64,000 bases of DNA from the human T2T-CHM13v2.0 reference genome, Homo sapiens (GCF_009914755.1 NC_060925.1), one strand, 5' to 3'; counted from the stretch's first letter, positions 39,991 through 54,028 are shown. Made by a program: numbers and translations. Notes: generated from the letters alone by a model not told the origin.

Positions 39991-40754
39991 TTTCTCATCT
40001 TCTTGGCTACCAATGAAAAAAATGAGAAAAGCCAGCTTTCAATTCTGTGAGTTTGGGTTTTTTAAATTAAGCAATTCATAAAGAAGTGAGCTTTCCAGAA
40101 TTGGCACTATTCGGGCAGGGGACTGGATAATTATTTTTGTTGAGAATTGTAGACATAATTTCAGCCTAAGAGAGAAATTGAATTTCATGAGCTTTTTCTA
40201 ACGTCAAGGTTTTATGCTTCTTACCATTAATTCAGCTTCCTGTGAGTGCCCCAGCCTTGCAGAGTTTATAATCTCATTGGAGAAATTAGAATGACTCACA
40301 TAAAGCAGGTAACAATAAAGGAGAAAGTAGTCATGATGAAGGGCCCTGAGGGTAAATGGATAGTGGCGGGTCCAGGTAGGAAGCAGGCAGGAAGATTTCC
40401 TGGATCAGGTGGGATTTTTTTCAACACACAGCAGAGGTACACTGGTTGGGTAGAGAGGGAGGAGAATGATCCAAGAATGCTTACGTCGAGACCCCCAACT
40501 TGTCCCACTAAGACAGAGCTTCACATGCCTCCCTCACTACTGCTCATGCCCCACTCAGAACTGCTCTATCCTCCAGCTCTCATGGGAACAGAGGACTGGG
40601 TTCTGAGGAACCTCTGTGAACACTAGACAGACAGCAGAGGTGGGATGAATTGCCCTTCTCCATACTTCTGTACTGGGATTTGAACTGTTTCTCATTGCCC
40701 ATATCCCAGTGAGCTGGCCCAGTTCCGTTATTGACACTGAGGCATGGAACCTTT

Positions 40755-41085
40755 CTACTAAGACTGTGGCCAAGGACCAGCAGCTCTGGCTTATTAGAAA
40801 CAGAGCACTGGCAGCCTAAGACCTACTGAATTTAAATTTGCATTTTAACAAGAGCCCCAGGTGAGTTTTATGTGCCTTAAAGTGTGAGAAGTACTTTTAA
40901 AACAGTGGTTCTCAAATCTGGGAGAGCTGGGTGAGAGTCTACCTGGAGGAGCTAGATACCCAGGTCTCTCCCCATATCTGTTGAACCAGAATTTCTGAGA
41001 TGGGGTCTTGGTATCTATATTTTTTAAATGTGTAATTTTAAAAATTGGGAGCAAATGTGTTCAATCAGGCTTGGAAACTATTACT
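40755..41085. mobile_element. Adjacent MER5A1 and MER5A/B fragments
   Basis: agacctactgaat...gcattttaacaag.gccccaggtga; cagtggttctcaaa...gaaccagaatttctg. Confidence 0.75.
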
Positions 41086-41389
41086 TTAGGGGAAAATACA
41101 GGTATAGCCTAGACTCCTGAGGCTCACAGAATTACCAATTAGCATCAGATTGTACCAATTGTGAAAAAAAATGCTAAGCCCTAAACGAAGACCTGGAGAA
41201 GTCACCCTAGTTACCCTATGACCCTGGACAAGGCTCTTGATAGGACTTAGCAAGTTATTTTTCTCATCTGTAAAGTGGGGATATTAAAGTATCCACTTTG
41301 TGGAATTGTTAAATACACACACACTCTCTCTCTCTCTCTGAAACACAGCTCTTTAATTCTTGCTAATGTTGAAAAACTGGACAGAGTCA

Positions 41390-42060
41390 ACTTCTACCTG
41401 GAATGATCTTCTCCCAGACACCCACATGACTCTCCATGATACTCCTTCAGCTCTCTCCCCAAACATCATCTCGTCCTAGTCAGGCTTTCCATATCTACTC
41501 AACACAAGAAAGCAAAATGTGCCGCCACCATCATCATTGTTCTTTATCCTTTGCTCTGCTTCTTATTCTTCTTTATAGTGTTTATCCTTGCCTGACACTT
41601 TAGATATTTATTTGCTAATTGACTGTCTCCTCAACTAAAATTTAAGGTCCACAACATAGAGACTTGGTCTTTCTCTTCACTGTGACAACCCTATTGCTAG
41701 AATGGTGACAAGCATACAGTAGACATCAATAACTATTTATTGGGTACTTGAATTAATAAATAAAATTTGATACTAATATTCCTTGACTCCTTAAGTATTC
41801 CCAATTAAAAGGCAGTAGGTCTCTTCAATAACTCGCTCCTGTATCACCTTCTATGTGAAGCCTTCCCAACAGACTCTTCTTGCCTTAGAGAGAATCAATG
41901 CTCCCCTCCTTGTGCTTTATATATTCTTTCCTCTAATTACTCACTATCAAGATATCTTCCTCAACTTCTCTATAGACTATGAGCTCCTCAACAGCAAGGA
42001 CCATTTCTAGTTCATCTTGGGGCCGCCGATTCTTGTGTTTATTGAATGAAAAATGAGTGA
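41390..42060 (+). mobile_element. L2 fragments
   Basis: ctacctggaatg..cttctcccaga...; tagactatgagctcctc...ttattgaatgaa. Confidence 0.7.
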
Positions 42061-42149
42061 ATTTTCCCATCACAAAAGATGAAACCATACTCATATGCAA
42101 CAAGAGTCTTTCTGATTTCAGAGTTGTAGCTTAGGGGGAAAAGTGGGGG

Positions 42150-43930
42150 TGGGGGGGAATTTTTTTTTTTTTAAAGCAGATATTCTTAAACAGCTATTGG
42201 TTTCCATTCCTGAATTCAGTCTCCTATATCTCATCCCTCTATCAAGATAAAAATGCAAGCCCATTGCTTGAATCATGAAGAGTTATGCCAATAAGCTTAG
42301 ACTAAGGCAGGGGAGACCAGATGCTGCCGAGATAATGTCAAGTCCAGAATTAAAGAGAAGCCAGTGGACGGTTCCTAAAGCAATATTGCAGCATCTCAGT
42401 TTCCAGTACCAGAGGCCCATTGCGTCAATCTTTCAGCATACCTACTGTTCAATCTGTTAGGAGAAGCATGCAAAGCACATTTATTTCCAAGTGCCCAAGC
42501 TACTATACTAAATAATACAGGAAAAAGGTGAAAGGAGATAGAGAATTTAATTGCTCTTTGCCTGCAAAGCTCTTCAGTGCTTGCAGGAAAGACTGTCTGT
42601 AAGGATCCCATCTTAGGTACTCTTGCAGGCTCAGGAAGACTGTTTTCCATAGGGATACCAGGATTTGGCAAGATGGTAGGTACAGTGTACCCTCACCTTC
42701 CGACATTCATGAGTGTCAATTCAAAGACTTATATGTCAACTGTTGGAAGGATTGATGAAAACCTGCTTATGCCATTCTAAAATTTGACTTTACTAAATCT
42801 TTTTGTTTAAAAAATACTATTGTCTTTCCTATCTTTTTAAAAGTTTGCTTTTAGTAATTGAAAAATTCCTTCACACCAGTTTCCTCAATTTTTTTCATGC
42901 AGTCAGTATTTACTGAGTACCTAGATGTTGGACACCGCTGTGGGCACCAAGTGGGACTTCTAAGTTGGGAAGTGGGGGGAGACATTCAAATGCAGGGAAG
43001 GAAAGATATGCCAATACAGCTGTAATAGGGAATTTAATACTGATAAAAATTAAAGAAAGAAATGCACATTGGTAATTGATTCCAAAACTGCACCCAATTT
43101 CTGTGCTTCTGTTATTTATATACTTGCCACATGGAAACATTTTCTATCTGGTCATCACTAAACATGTCCCATGTGCAAGCACAAAATAAGCCAGTCTCAA
43201 GTCTGAGTAGAGAGATATAGCCTCTGCCCCGATTGCTTAAGAATGATCTGATGAACATTCAGTTGCTGTTCCCTGTTTAATTAATTCTGATGGGCTATTG
43301 ATGTACCACAACTGTTTGTCCTAATAATGAGCTCCAAAATTAGAATGACTGCAACTCACTTAGACAGCTGCCACAAAAAATAAGTATTTGAAAGTGCTCT
43401 TGGTCAAGGCAATGGGGTAGAAATGGCTGTAGTTCAGCATCAAATTCACATGATTATGTCACATGAGTTTTATTTTTTCTTTTCAAGCATAGTTAACATA
43501 CCAGCAGTGATGACTGCAAGAACTGTTACTAGCTGTAGAGTTGAGACTGCTACTTCATATCAGTATAGCAAGGATAAGCATGTAGCCAGACGTGTGCTAA
43601 TGTGGAGTCAATATAGCAACAGGCATTGAACAATTTAGGTCAGTTCCTTGCAATGTTTAATTAGACTAATATATCTGTTTGCAATTAATAGCAGATGTGA
43701 CAAGCTAATGTGTCCATGCACAGACAAATTAACCTCTGCCCATCAGCTGCTAGGATCTCTGAGAAAGCTGCCATGTTTTGCTTCTATCCATCCAAGTCTA
43801 AATAAAATTGCAGAAGAATTATAAACATGAATATTAGTAGAAAATACGCTGCACATGAAGCACTGTCCATAGGAAACTATTTTTCAGGCAGGCTGTCAGA
43901 TTTTAACAATCACAACAAGAATTAACATTT
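42150..43930. promoter_or_regulatory. Repeat-poor island, candidate conserved enhancer
   Basis: Dense homeobox/Sox/E-box-like motifs at 43277-43700; almost no TE. Confidence 0.4.
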
Positions 43931-43959
43931 GTGTTACCCTTTACTTTGTAAAAATCATT

Positions 43960-44992
43960 GTAATAGACTTTACTTTTTAGAGCAGTTTTAGGTTTACCAC
44001 AAAATTGAGCGGCAGGTAGAAAGACTTCCCACAGATCCCCTGTCCCCACACATACATAGCCTTTTCCATCAACATCCCCCACCAGAGTGGTACCTTTGCT
44101 ATAATTGAACCTATATTGTTACATCATTATCACAGAAAGTCCATCATTTTCATTAGAGTTCATTCTTGGTGTTGCAGTTCTATGGGTTTGGACAAATGTA
44201 AAATGACATGTATTCACCATTATAGTATCATACATAGTAGTTTCACTGCCCTAAAATCCCCTGTGCTCCTCCTATTCTTCCCTCCTCCCCCCAGCCAATC
44301 CCTGGCAACCACTTATCTTTTTATTGTCTCCATACTTTTTCCTTTTACAGAATGTCATGTAGTTGGAATAATATGATATATAGCCTTTTTCCAGACTTGT
44401 TTCTTTTACTTAATAATATGCATTTAAGTTTCCTCCATGTCTTTTCATGACTTGCTAGTTCACTTCTTCTTAGCACTGAGTAATATTCCATTGCTGGACG
44501 TACCATAGCTTATTTATCCATTCACCTGCTAAAGGACATCTTGGTCATTCCCAAGTGTTGGCAATTATAAACAAATCTTCTATAAACACCTGTGTGCAGG
44601 TTTTTGTGCAGATATAAGTTTTCAACTCCTTTGGGTAAATACCAAAGAGTGTGACTATTAGATAGTATGGTAAGAATATGTTTAGTTTTGTAAGAAACCA
44701 CCAAACTGGCTTTTGAAGTGGCTGTAACACTTTGCATTCCCAACAGCAATGAATGAGAGTTTCTCTTGCTCCACATCCTCACCAATATTTGGTGTTGTCA
44801 GTGTTCTGGATTTTGACAATTTTAGTAGATGTATAGTAATATGCAATTATTGTTTTAGTTTGCATTTCCCTGATGACATACAATGTGGAGCAACTTTTCA
44901 TATGCTTATGTGCCACCTGTATATATTCTTTGGTGAGATGCTTGTTAAGATCTTTAGCCCATTTTTTAATCAAGTGTTTTCTTGTTGTTAGG
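43960..44992 (-). mobile_element. L1MC1-type 3' fragment
   Basis: agacttta.tttttagagcagttttaggtt...aaaattgagcgg; ORF2 C-terminal remnant IKKWAKDLNKHLTKEYIQVAHKHMKSCSTL. Confidence 0.9.
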
Positions 44993-45291
44993 TTTCTTTA
45001 CATTTTATAAAATATGGTCACATACATTGCACTTTTAGTTACTTAGTAATAAAAATAGTTTTGTAACTTTTCAACTATTGTAAAAGAGGCCTATCTGCTC
45101 CTAACATAGTTAGGGCTTAAGTCACTGAAATTTGGTATTATCTCCTCAAAATAAAGATTTCTGTAATGTACCTGGAAGCAATGCCCATTTCCCTGCTTTA
45201 ATTAATTGCTATTATCCAATTCCACAGTGAGAACTTAGGGAAGAAGACAAATTTTCACAGGGCAGGATTTTTGAAAGGCAGATATTAGAAA

Positions 45292-46492
45292 TGTCTTAAT
45301 CCATTTTCTGTTGCTATAATAGATTACCACAGACTGGGTAATTTATAAAGAAAGGAAATTCATTTGGCCCATGGTTCTGCAGGCTGGGAAGTCCAAGAGT
45401 ATGGCCCCAGCATCTGGAAAGAACACGGAGGAAGGCATTGTTACTGCCTGACCAGGTTCTTGCTTGCTGCCCAGACAGAGCTGAACACTGAGACAACAAG
45501 TATTGCAATGAAGAAATAGTTTAACTATTGCAAGGCAACTCAGCAAGGAGGATAGGAGATATTTCTCAAAATCACCTGCCAGAGACTTCAGAGGCTAGAG
45601 ATTTTAAAGATGATTTGGCAGGCAGAAAGGTAGGGGATGTGTAATGCTGATTGGTCTGAGATGAAATCATAGGGGTGTTGAAGCTGTCTTCATGCATTGA
45701 ATTGGTTCCTGAGAAAGGAGGTGAGTCACAAGACCAGCCAAGTCTGTTTCTTGGTTAACATCACAGGACACCGGTTCAGTTGGTGTCAGTTGGTTTACTT
45801 GCGGGCAAAGTCTAAAAAATATCTCAAAGACCAGTCTTCGGTTTTACAATAGTGTTTAAAACTGCCAGTTACTATGGAAAACAAGCTGGGAAACAATGGT
45901 GGGTTATTGTGTAACTATGCCTATAGCTTAGCAGGAAAGTTTGCAGAAGGTGAGATCCCTGGTAGTCAAAGCTGACTGGCACTCTCTTGACTAGTCCAAC
46001 TTCTGGAAGCCATCAAGGGGGTCTTCATGATCTAAGGATCATTGTTCTTTAAAAGAAAAAACAAGTTCATCAATCTTGTAGGCAGCCTGCTCAGGGGCTA
46101 AGACAGGAAGATAATCAATTATTAGTGACTATCATTTGTTGAAATGACTATATGCAAGCAATCATGCATGGAGGAGGAAAAAGAGAGAAAGGAAAATATC
46201 TTACCAAAAATTTAAGCCCCGTGACAATTTTAATCTTGTGACTTTTTTTAATTTGTGAAGGTGGTTTCAGCATCACATAGTGAGTGTGTATGGGTAAGAG
46301 AAAGCTTGCTTTTATAACAAAGCCACTCCCACAATAACTAACCCACTCCAGGGATAACAGCATTAATCCATTCATGAGGGCAGAACCCTCATGACCCAAT
46401 CGCCTCCCAAAGGCACTGCCTCTCAACACCACCCCAATGGCAACCAAGTTTCCAACATTTGAACTTTTGGAGGACATTCTCAAACCTTAGCA
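45292..46492 (-). mobile_element. MST-family MaLR LTR split by an ERV1 LTR
   Basis: tgtcttaatccatttt.tgttgctata...; attaatccattcatgagggcaga.ccctcatgacc...caaaccttagca. Confidence 0.9.
45439..46269 (-). mobile_element. ERV1 (MER4-group) solo LTR
   Basis: TG...CA termini (minus strand begins TGAAACCACCTTCACAAATT); perfect 4-bp TSD GCAT typical of ERV1. Confidence 0.85.
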
Positions 46493-47089
46493 CTGAGTGT
46501 TGGCTTTGTTTGGTTGGGAAGAATGTCAGGGGCAGGATTCAACTTCCTGTCTCTGCTATTCCTCCAAACCTCCTTTCAGAAGAGTCATGGGCTGCCCAGA
46601 ACCCATGGGGGCAATGTCCAAATCTTCCTAGAGCTGTAGCCTTTTGGGGGAAGCAAAGAATTAGGCCTTTATTCTTAGTCTCTGGGCTGATAGTCATCAA
46701 GGAGCTCAAAATGGTTGCCGGGTTTGCAAATGATCATCTCAGGGGCATTTGGGCTGGGGTCATAGAGGCTCTTAAAGATGTGACATCAAGAAATTAAACT
46801 TTCCTCCTACCTTGTGAGCTGAGGCCAGCTCCCACAGTCCTTCCAACATCTCTCATGATCCTAGTTTGCTTTCTGCCAGGGAAATTCAGGGACCCTTGAA
46901 TTCACTAGGAAACGGGTGGCATGGAAAATGCTCGGTTACATTTCTACAGAATCCAGTGACACATTCTCACTCTATTGTACAGTGTTTATGTGGATGAGTC
47001 TTGAAAGTCAATCATGTAGAAGTAGTACTGAAAAAGTATTTCCGCATTGGAAACCCCCACAAAGAAAACTCCTGCCAAGAAAAGAAGCC

Positions 47090-47520
47090 CAGCTTGAGAC
47101 TCAAAAACTTCACAGGGACACGGAAAATGAGTGAATGCAAAAAGGATAAAGCCTCTGGGAGTATTTAGTCTCAAGAAGAGAAAGAAATGGTTCACTTAAT
47201 GTCTCTTTAAACATAGGAAAGATTATTATTCAGAAGCTGTATCCAGATGTATGAACATTTCTCTACTAAGGATAGAACAGGAAACAATGGGCTTTAGCTA
47301 GAGAAGAAAAGGATATATATGTATAGGAGGGGGCTTCCTGACACTTGTGGTTATAAAGCATTATAATGGGATACTAGAGAGGCTGTCAAATGCACTTCCC
47401 CACAGAATTTTAAGAACATGACAGATACCTCTCTGTATAAAATGGTTTAGACAAAACCTCCCTGGAGGTTGGGGGAAGGAGCAGATGACTTCTTGGGGGC
47501 CCTTTCAGCCCTATGTGTTT
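47090..47520 (+). mobile_element. CR1/L3 LINE 3' fragment
   Basis: tttagtct..agaagagaa...agaacagga..caatggg...ttcctgac...agatgac...cctttcagcccta. Confidence 0.7.
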
Positions 47521-48949
47521 ATCATTTTAAAACTGGACTACAATACTTTTTCAGATAGGCCCTATCTAGTAAACTAGAAACTATATCATTTCTTTTTCTC
47601 ATCCTCCTACACCCTGCGCAATCTCATTTTCTCTGTTTATACCTTGCTTTGCTGATGCCTACTTGACACTTGCTCTTTGGATATTGTGCTCACACTGTTA
47701 GGGCACCCTATGAGGTGTACAGACACTATTAAAGATGAATGGGACATTTGCAGAGACAAAAAGTTCTCATGCATGTACAAGGACACTGGAGATTTCCGCA
47801 CTTGGAGACATAATCTTCTATAAAGCAAGCCTTACTTTAACAACATTTTTGCATTGATGTAAATCTCAGTTCAAGATTTTGAAATATTTTACTTGCATGG
47901 TGGTGGGGGGACCCTCATATTATATTATATATGGTTTGATATATATGAGGAAACTCATATATGATATATATGCGGAAACTCAGACATGGCATTCCTTTGA
48001 AGTCACATATCCCATTTATGTCTAGTGTCATCTCGACTGCTTTGTGCTAGAGGAGACCAAGGTGGCTGTCATTGGCTTTGTCCTCTATAGCACAAGGCAA
48101 ACCTGAGAGCACATGAATGATGCTTCACAATGTGAAGGGCTCTTCTGAAACCCTTCACGTCTCCAGTTCCAGATGGTTGCCTGTCTTCTGTAATTCAGAA
48201 TTTAACAAATGCATGTTGGCTTTCCAGGACATATCTTAACAAGAGAAGGTTGAAAATTAAGAGTCTGAGATTTACAAGGCCAATAAATTAGTTTAGGTCA
48301 CCTGAGAATTACCCAGTTAAAGTCTTTTGAGAAATAATTCAATATCTAAACTGACTGCCAGCAGGAGAAACTGTTATATTAAGTAGAAGGAGCAAAACCA
48401 TGAGCTTTAAATTTAAATAAAACCACTAACATGCAAGATGCATAGTTCTTACATAAATAGCAATGCATGCACAAATAAACCAGTTGTAAAATAAGTCACA
48501 CTTTACCTATGAAATAATAAGTTAAAACTATAGTCCATACATTCATGCATGCAAGAAATGTCATTTTTATTAAATTTATTTTGAGCCCCAATTGGATAGG
48601 GTGTGGGAAACAAAAATCTCAGGCTATTTTAGTTCTCCCCCCATATTTCCCTGGAAGACCAGGAGTTCCGGGACACTTATGAGATGTCCAGTCATCAACT
48701 AGGAGCATCTGGTCCTCAGTACTGTGTAGTATCCATGCTGGCATTCACCTACATGTCTGCTGTGCCAACTGGCTTGTGGTCATCAGTCCATGCTGTTACC
48801 ATAGCATCCTCCTTGTCTCCACTGCACAGATTCTTCAGGTCTGTTAGCTGTCTCCCAGCTACCTCTCCCTCTCAGTAGGTGGGGACATTATAATAACTGA
48901 TCTCATTCTATGCTGAGGATTCAACCCTTTTCAGGCACCTTTCTGCAGG

Positions 48950-49109
48950 CAGGACAAGCTACATCAATTGTGAGGTCAAGTACAAAATGAGCACAATGGG
49001 TTCCTTATTAAAAAAGTATTAGGAGTCTTAAGGTGGTGACAGGAGAGTATTAGATCAAGAGTGAGGCCTGGGTGACTGAACATGCCACTTGGTCATGAAG
49101 TCTGCCCTG
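48950..49109. mobile_element. MER45A-like hAT-Tip100 MITE
   Basis: tacaaaatga...ccttattaaaaaag; ends gtgactg.aca.g.cac...catgaagtctgccctg. Confidence 0.6.
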
Positions 49110-49417
49110 TATGTAGATACCCTGCTCCTGCTCACATGCCACACAGCATGTCAGCAATACCAAGATGCTTGCTCCTAAGCAGAGCATGCAGTCCTCTCTT
49201 CTCAGAAACTCAGACCTTTCTGGAGATTCTATCTCTGTACCAGAATTCACCAGGGGTGGAGATGTTTGGTGCATAGGACACAAGCCTTTCTCTCAGGCTA
49301 ACAGATTCCGAGCTGCCTTCTTTCTTTCTCTAATTTTTCTCCCTCCACACAAACAGACCAGTGGACTCCACCAAGTCCAAGAGTGTGACAAGCTGACTTT
49401 TTTCTATTCTCAATATA

Positions 49418-51832
49418 CAGCACACCTCATTTTATTGTGCTTTGCTTTATTGTGCTTCTCGGATTCAACACAAATTCAAGATTTGTGACAATCCTACTTT
49501 GAGCAAGTCTATCAGCGCCATTTTCCCAACAGCATGTGCTCACTTCATGTCTCTGTGTTATATTTTGGTAGTTCTCACATTATTTCAGACTTTTTATTAT
49601 TATTAAATCTGTTACAGTAATCAGTGATATTTGATGTTACTGTCATCATTGTTTTAGGGTGGCATGAACCATGCCCATAGAAGACAGTGCAGTTAATTGA
49701 TGAATGTGGTGTGTGTTCTGATTACTCCACTCACTGGCCATTCCCCCATCTCTCTTCCACTTCTCAGGACTCCCTATTCCCTAAGATACAATAATATTGA
49801 GATTAGGCCAATTAATAATCTTACAATGGCCTCTAAGTGTTCAAATGAAGAATTGCACATCTCTCATTTTAAATCAAAAGCTAGCAATGAATGATGAAGC
49901 TTAGTGAGGAAGGCATGTTGAAAGCCAAGACAGGCTGAAAGCCAGGCTTCTTGCACCAACTGGTTAGCCAAGATGTGAATGCAAAGGAAGTTTTTGAAGG
50001 AGATTAAAAGCACTACTTTAGTGAACACACAAATGATAAGAAAGCAAAACAGGCTTATTGCTGATACAGAGAAAGTTTTAGTGGTCTGAATAGAAAATCC
50101 AACCAGCCACAACATTCCCTTAAGTCAAAGCCTAATCCAGAGCAAGGCCTTAACTCTCCTCAGCTCACAAAGGCTGAGAGAGGTAAGAAAACTGCAGAAG
50201 AAAAGTTGGAAGCTAGCAGAGATTGGTTCATGAAGTTTAAGGAAAAAGCTATCTCTATAACATAAAAGTGCAAGGTGAAGCAGCAAGTGCTGATATAGGA
50301 ACCGCAGCAAGTTATCCAGAAAATCTATCTAGCCAAGACAGTTTATGAAGACGGCTACACTAAACAACATATTTTCAGTGTAGATGAAACAGCCTTATAT
50401 TGGAAGAAAATGACATCTAAAATTTCCATAGCTAGAGAGGAAAAGTCAATGCCTGGCTTCAAAGCTTTAGAAGACAGGCTGACTCTCTTGTTAGGGGTTA
50501 ATGTAGCTGGTGACTTTAAATTGAAGCCAATGATCATTTACCACTCTGAAAGTTTCAGGGCCCTTACAAATTATGCTAAATCAACCCTGACTATACTATA
50601 GAAGTGAAACAACAATATCTGGATGACAGCACACCTGTTTAGAGCATGGTTTACCAAATATTTTAAGCCCACTGTTGAGACCTACTGCTCAGAAAAAAGA
50701 AATGTTCCTTTCAAAACATTACTGTTCATGTACAATGTACCTCATCAAAGCTCTGATGGAGTTGTGTAAGGAGATGGATGTTGTTTTCACACAATATCCA
50801 TTCTATAGTTCATAAATCCAGGATTAATTTTGATTTTTATGTCTTATTTAAAAACTACATTTTATAAGGCTAGTAACTCCTCTGATGGATCTGGGCAAAA
50901 TATATTGAAAATTTTCTAGAAATAATTCACCATTCTAGAAGCTATTAAGAACATTTGCCATTCATGGGAGGAGGTTAAAATATCAACATTAATAGGAGTT
51001 TGGATGAAGTCGATTTCAACCCTTATGGATAACTTCGAGGGGTTCAAGATTTCTGTGGAGGAAGTCACTGCAGATGTGGTAGAAATACCATGAGAGCTAG
51101 AATTAGTAGTGGATCCCAAATATGTAACAGAAGTCACGAGATTGCTGTAATCTCATGAGAAAATTTTAATGGTTAGGGAGTTGCTTCTTATGGATGAACA
51201 AAGTGATTTCTTGAGATTGAATGTACTCCTGATGAAGATGCTGTGAACATTATCGAAATGGCAACAAACAATTTAGATATTACATGAACTTAGCTGATAA
51301 AGCAGTGTCAGGGTTTGAGAGGATTGACTCCAATTGTAGAAGAAGTTTTACTATGGGTAAAATGCTGTCAAACAACATCACATGCTACAGAGCAATCTTT
51401 TGTGAAAGAAGGATAAATAGATGTGGCAAACTTCATCATTGTCTTATTTTAAGAAATTACCACAGCCACCCCAACCTTAAGCAACCACCACCCTGATCAG
51501 TCAGCAGCCATCAACATCAAGGCAAGAGCCTCCACCAGCAAAAAGGTTATGACTTGCTGAAAGCTCAAATGCTATTAGCATATTTTAGCAATATAATATT
51601 TGTCATTGAGGTATATAAACATACAGTATAATATGTTTACACTATACTGTAGTCCATTAAGTGGGCAATAGCATTACTCACTATTGTCCACTTAATGGAC
51701 TACAGTATAGTGGAAACATAACTATTATGTGCACTGGGAAACCAAAAAAATGTGCATGACTCACTTCATTGTGATATTTGCTTTATTGCAATGGCCTGGA
51801 CCCACAATATCTCTGAGGTTGAGATATGCCTG
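49418..51832 (+). mobile_element. Near full-length Tigger1 (about 2.4 kb), transposase pseudogenised
   Basis: Termini cagcacacctcattttattg / gatatgcctg; transposase fragment [38 protein letters not shown]; many stops and frameshifts. Confidence 0.97.
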
Positions 51833-52119
51833 TTTTGTTTATGAGGAGAAAATTCATTATGCTCTGAGACCTGTGAAACTTAGACTTTTGAAATTAAACT
51901 AAAAGAACAGGCTATCTCAACTCAAAGGCCTTTTCTTTTGATACTATTATATATGCCATTTGCTATATAACGTATTTTAAAACACAAATCCTGTTTCAAC
52001 TTCCTCTTCCCTCTTTCTACTATGGCATCCCTTCTTGGAATAAGTAAGCATCTAAATAATCCAGTTGCTAACAGAATTGGGGAAAAACCAATGGGTAACA
52101 GAAATGAAGGAATAAACAA

Positions 52120-53170
52120 CGAGTGGTTCTCAGTTTATCAATGAGAGAGGTTACGTATGTTGACCAACGTCACACGACTAAGTTGTAGAACTGGGACTTC
52201 AGCCTATGTGATTTGGTCCCTGAGTCTGAAATGTTTATCATAATGTTATACTGCCTTCTGTAGTAAGAACTAATACATGGAAGCTTCAATATTTATTTTG
52301 ATGATAAAGTAGCAACGACTGGTTCCTTACATTTCCCCAAAACGAAAGCATGTGCAGACTATCAAACAAATTTATTTAAGATACAAAAAAGACAAAAGTT
52401 GCTTAGTGTGACATTCATTAGCTCTTTACCAAATTTTGACAAAATGTTAAAATAATAATAGAAACTAGTGACTAACAGGAGCTAACATAGGTTCTCTCAT
52501 TTCTCTTTTGACAGGGAGAGGTAGATCACAGGTTATTGATAATAGATATAGGCTATTATATTCAAACATGTTCCTGCATCTATAATTTTTTTTCAGTTAC
52601 TTGGTTAATGTATAACAGTCTAGAAGTAATCTTCAAGTTTCATGATATTTCAAAGCTACAAACCTTAAAGTAGAATCTTCCTCTGTATGTAGACCTCTGC
52701 CTGGGTCACTTCAGGGATCATAGTAAAAGAACATGAGCTTCCCTAGTTGAATCACTTTGTTTTACCTATATGACCATAAATGAGTAACTTAGCTTCTCTG
52801 AGCCTCAGTGGTAATATCTACCACATAATACACTGAACACAAGCTCCTGTGTTAATGTCAGAACATTATAAGTGTTCACAATGTAATAGATACATTTCTT
52901 TTTCCCACTCCTTAGATTCAGGAAGTAATACCACCAATGCATATTTTTAGCTAACACTTAAACATTGTTTTTTATGTGTCAAACATTATTCAAAGCACTT
53001 GACATCTATTAACTCATTTATTTCTCACAACAATTCCATGAAATGGGTACTATCATTAACCTCATCTTACAGATGGAGAAACTGAAGCATAGAAAGTTTA
53101 AGTAACTTGCCCAAGGTCATACAGCTGGAAAGAAACTCAGAGAGCCTAGCTCTAGAACCTACTTTCTCAA
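52120..53170. mobile_element. Three MIR fragments
   Basis: cttctctgagcctcagt; acagatggagaaactgaagcatagaaag.ttaagtaacttgcccaaggtcatacagct. Confidence 0.75.
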
Positions 53171-53269
53171 AAAACAACTAAAAAATCATTTTATTTGACA
53201 TGTGACTTTTTATTTTGGATGACTTTTTATGTTCCTAATCTTTAAAGCAATGAATACTACTGGGTAAAA

Positions 53270-54028
53270 ATATAAAGAATACTTTAGAAATTTTAGGGTG
53301 GGTTGTTCTTCCTAAGTAAGACAAGAAAGCTATAACTCATAAAGTAAAAGATGGACAGACTACCTAAAAATTTAAAACTTCTAAATAATCATAAGCCAAT
53401 GTATTAGATAAGGGACAAACAAGGAGACAACACTTTCATCACAAATAATAGGCAAATTGTTAAAATCCATAAAATATAAACAGCTTCTATAAATTAACAA
53501 GAAAATCTATAAATTAATAAGATAAAGACAAACAACACAATAGAAAAATTGGCAAATAATGCAAAAAGGAAAATCACAAAAAAGAGAAAGAAATTACCAG
53601 TGTACATGAAAATATGTTCAATCTCATTAACAACCAATGAAATAATAATTAAAACAATAAGATACTACTTATCGTCCATTAGATTGTCAAAAAGAGAAAA
53701 AAAAATACCCAGAGTAACAAATGTTTAGACAAAAGAACATTCTCATATGGTATTGCAGAAGTATAAATTAGAATAGCATTTTTTAAAAAAAACCTTGACT
53801 GTACCTATCAAAATTTAAAATGTGCATATCCTTTGACATGGTAATCCACTTCCAGGAATCTAAAGTATAGGATATTGTGCATGTACCCAAAACTACAGAT
53901 AACAGGATGTTCCTGCAACACTGATGATTATAGCAAAAAACAACAACAACAACAACAACAAAAAGAGCAAAACAAGCAAATTACAATTCAACAAAAGGGA
54001 CTGGCAAAATAAATTATGTAATCAAATA
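53270..54028 (+). mobile_element. L1ME ORF2 3' fragment (resumes about 62373-62830)
   Basis: aaagacaaacaac.caatagaaaaattggcaaa...tgcatatcctttgac. Confidence 0.75.

Noticed and set aside
47938-47982. Short tandem duplication tgatatatatg(a/c)ggaaactca (similar case at about 58756-58796)
   Set aside because: Common slippage duplications with no further signal
49864-51496. Possible domesticated Tigger transposase (TIGD-like gene)
   Set aside because: Frame broken into short fragments by stops and frameshifts
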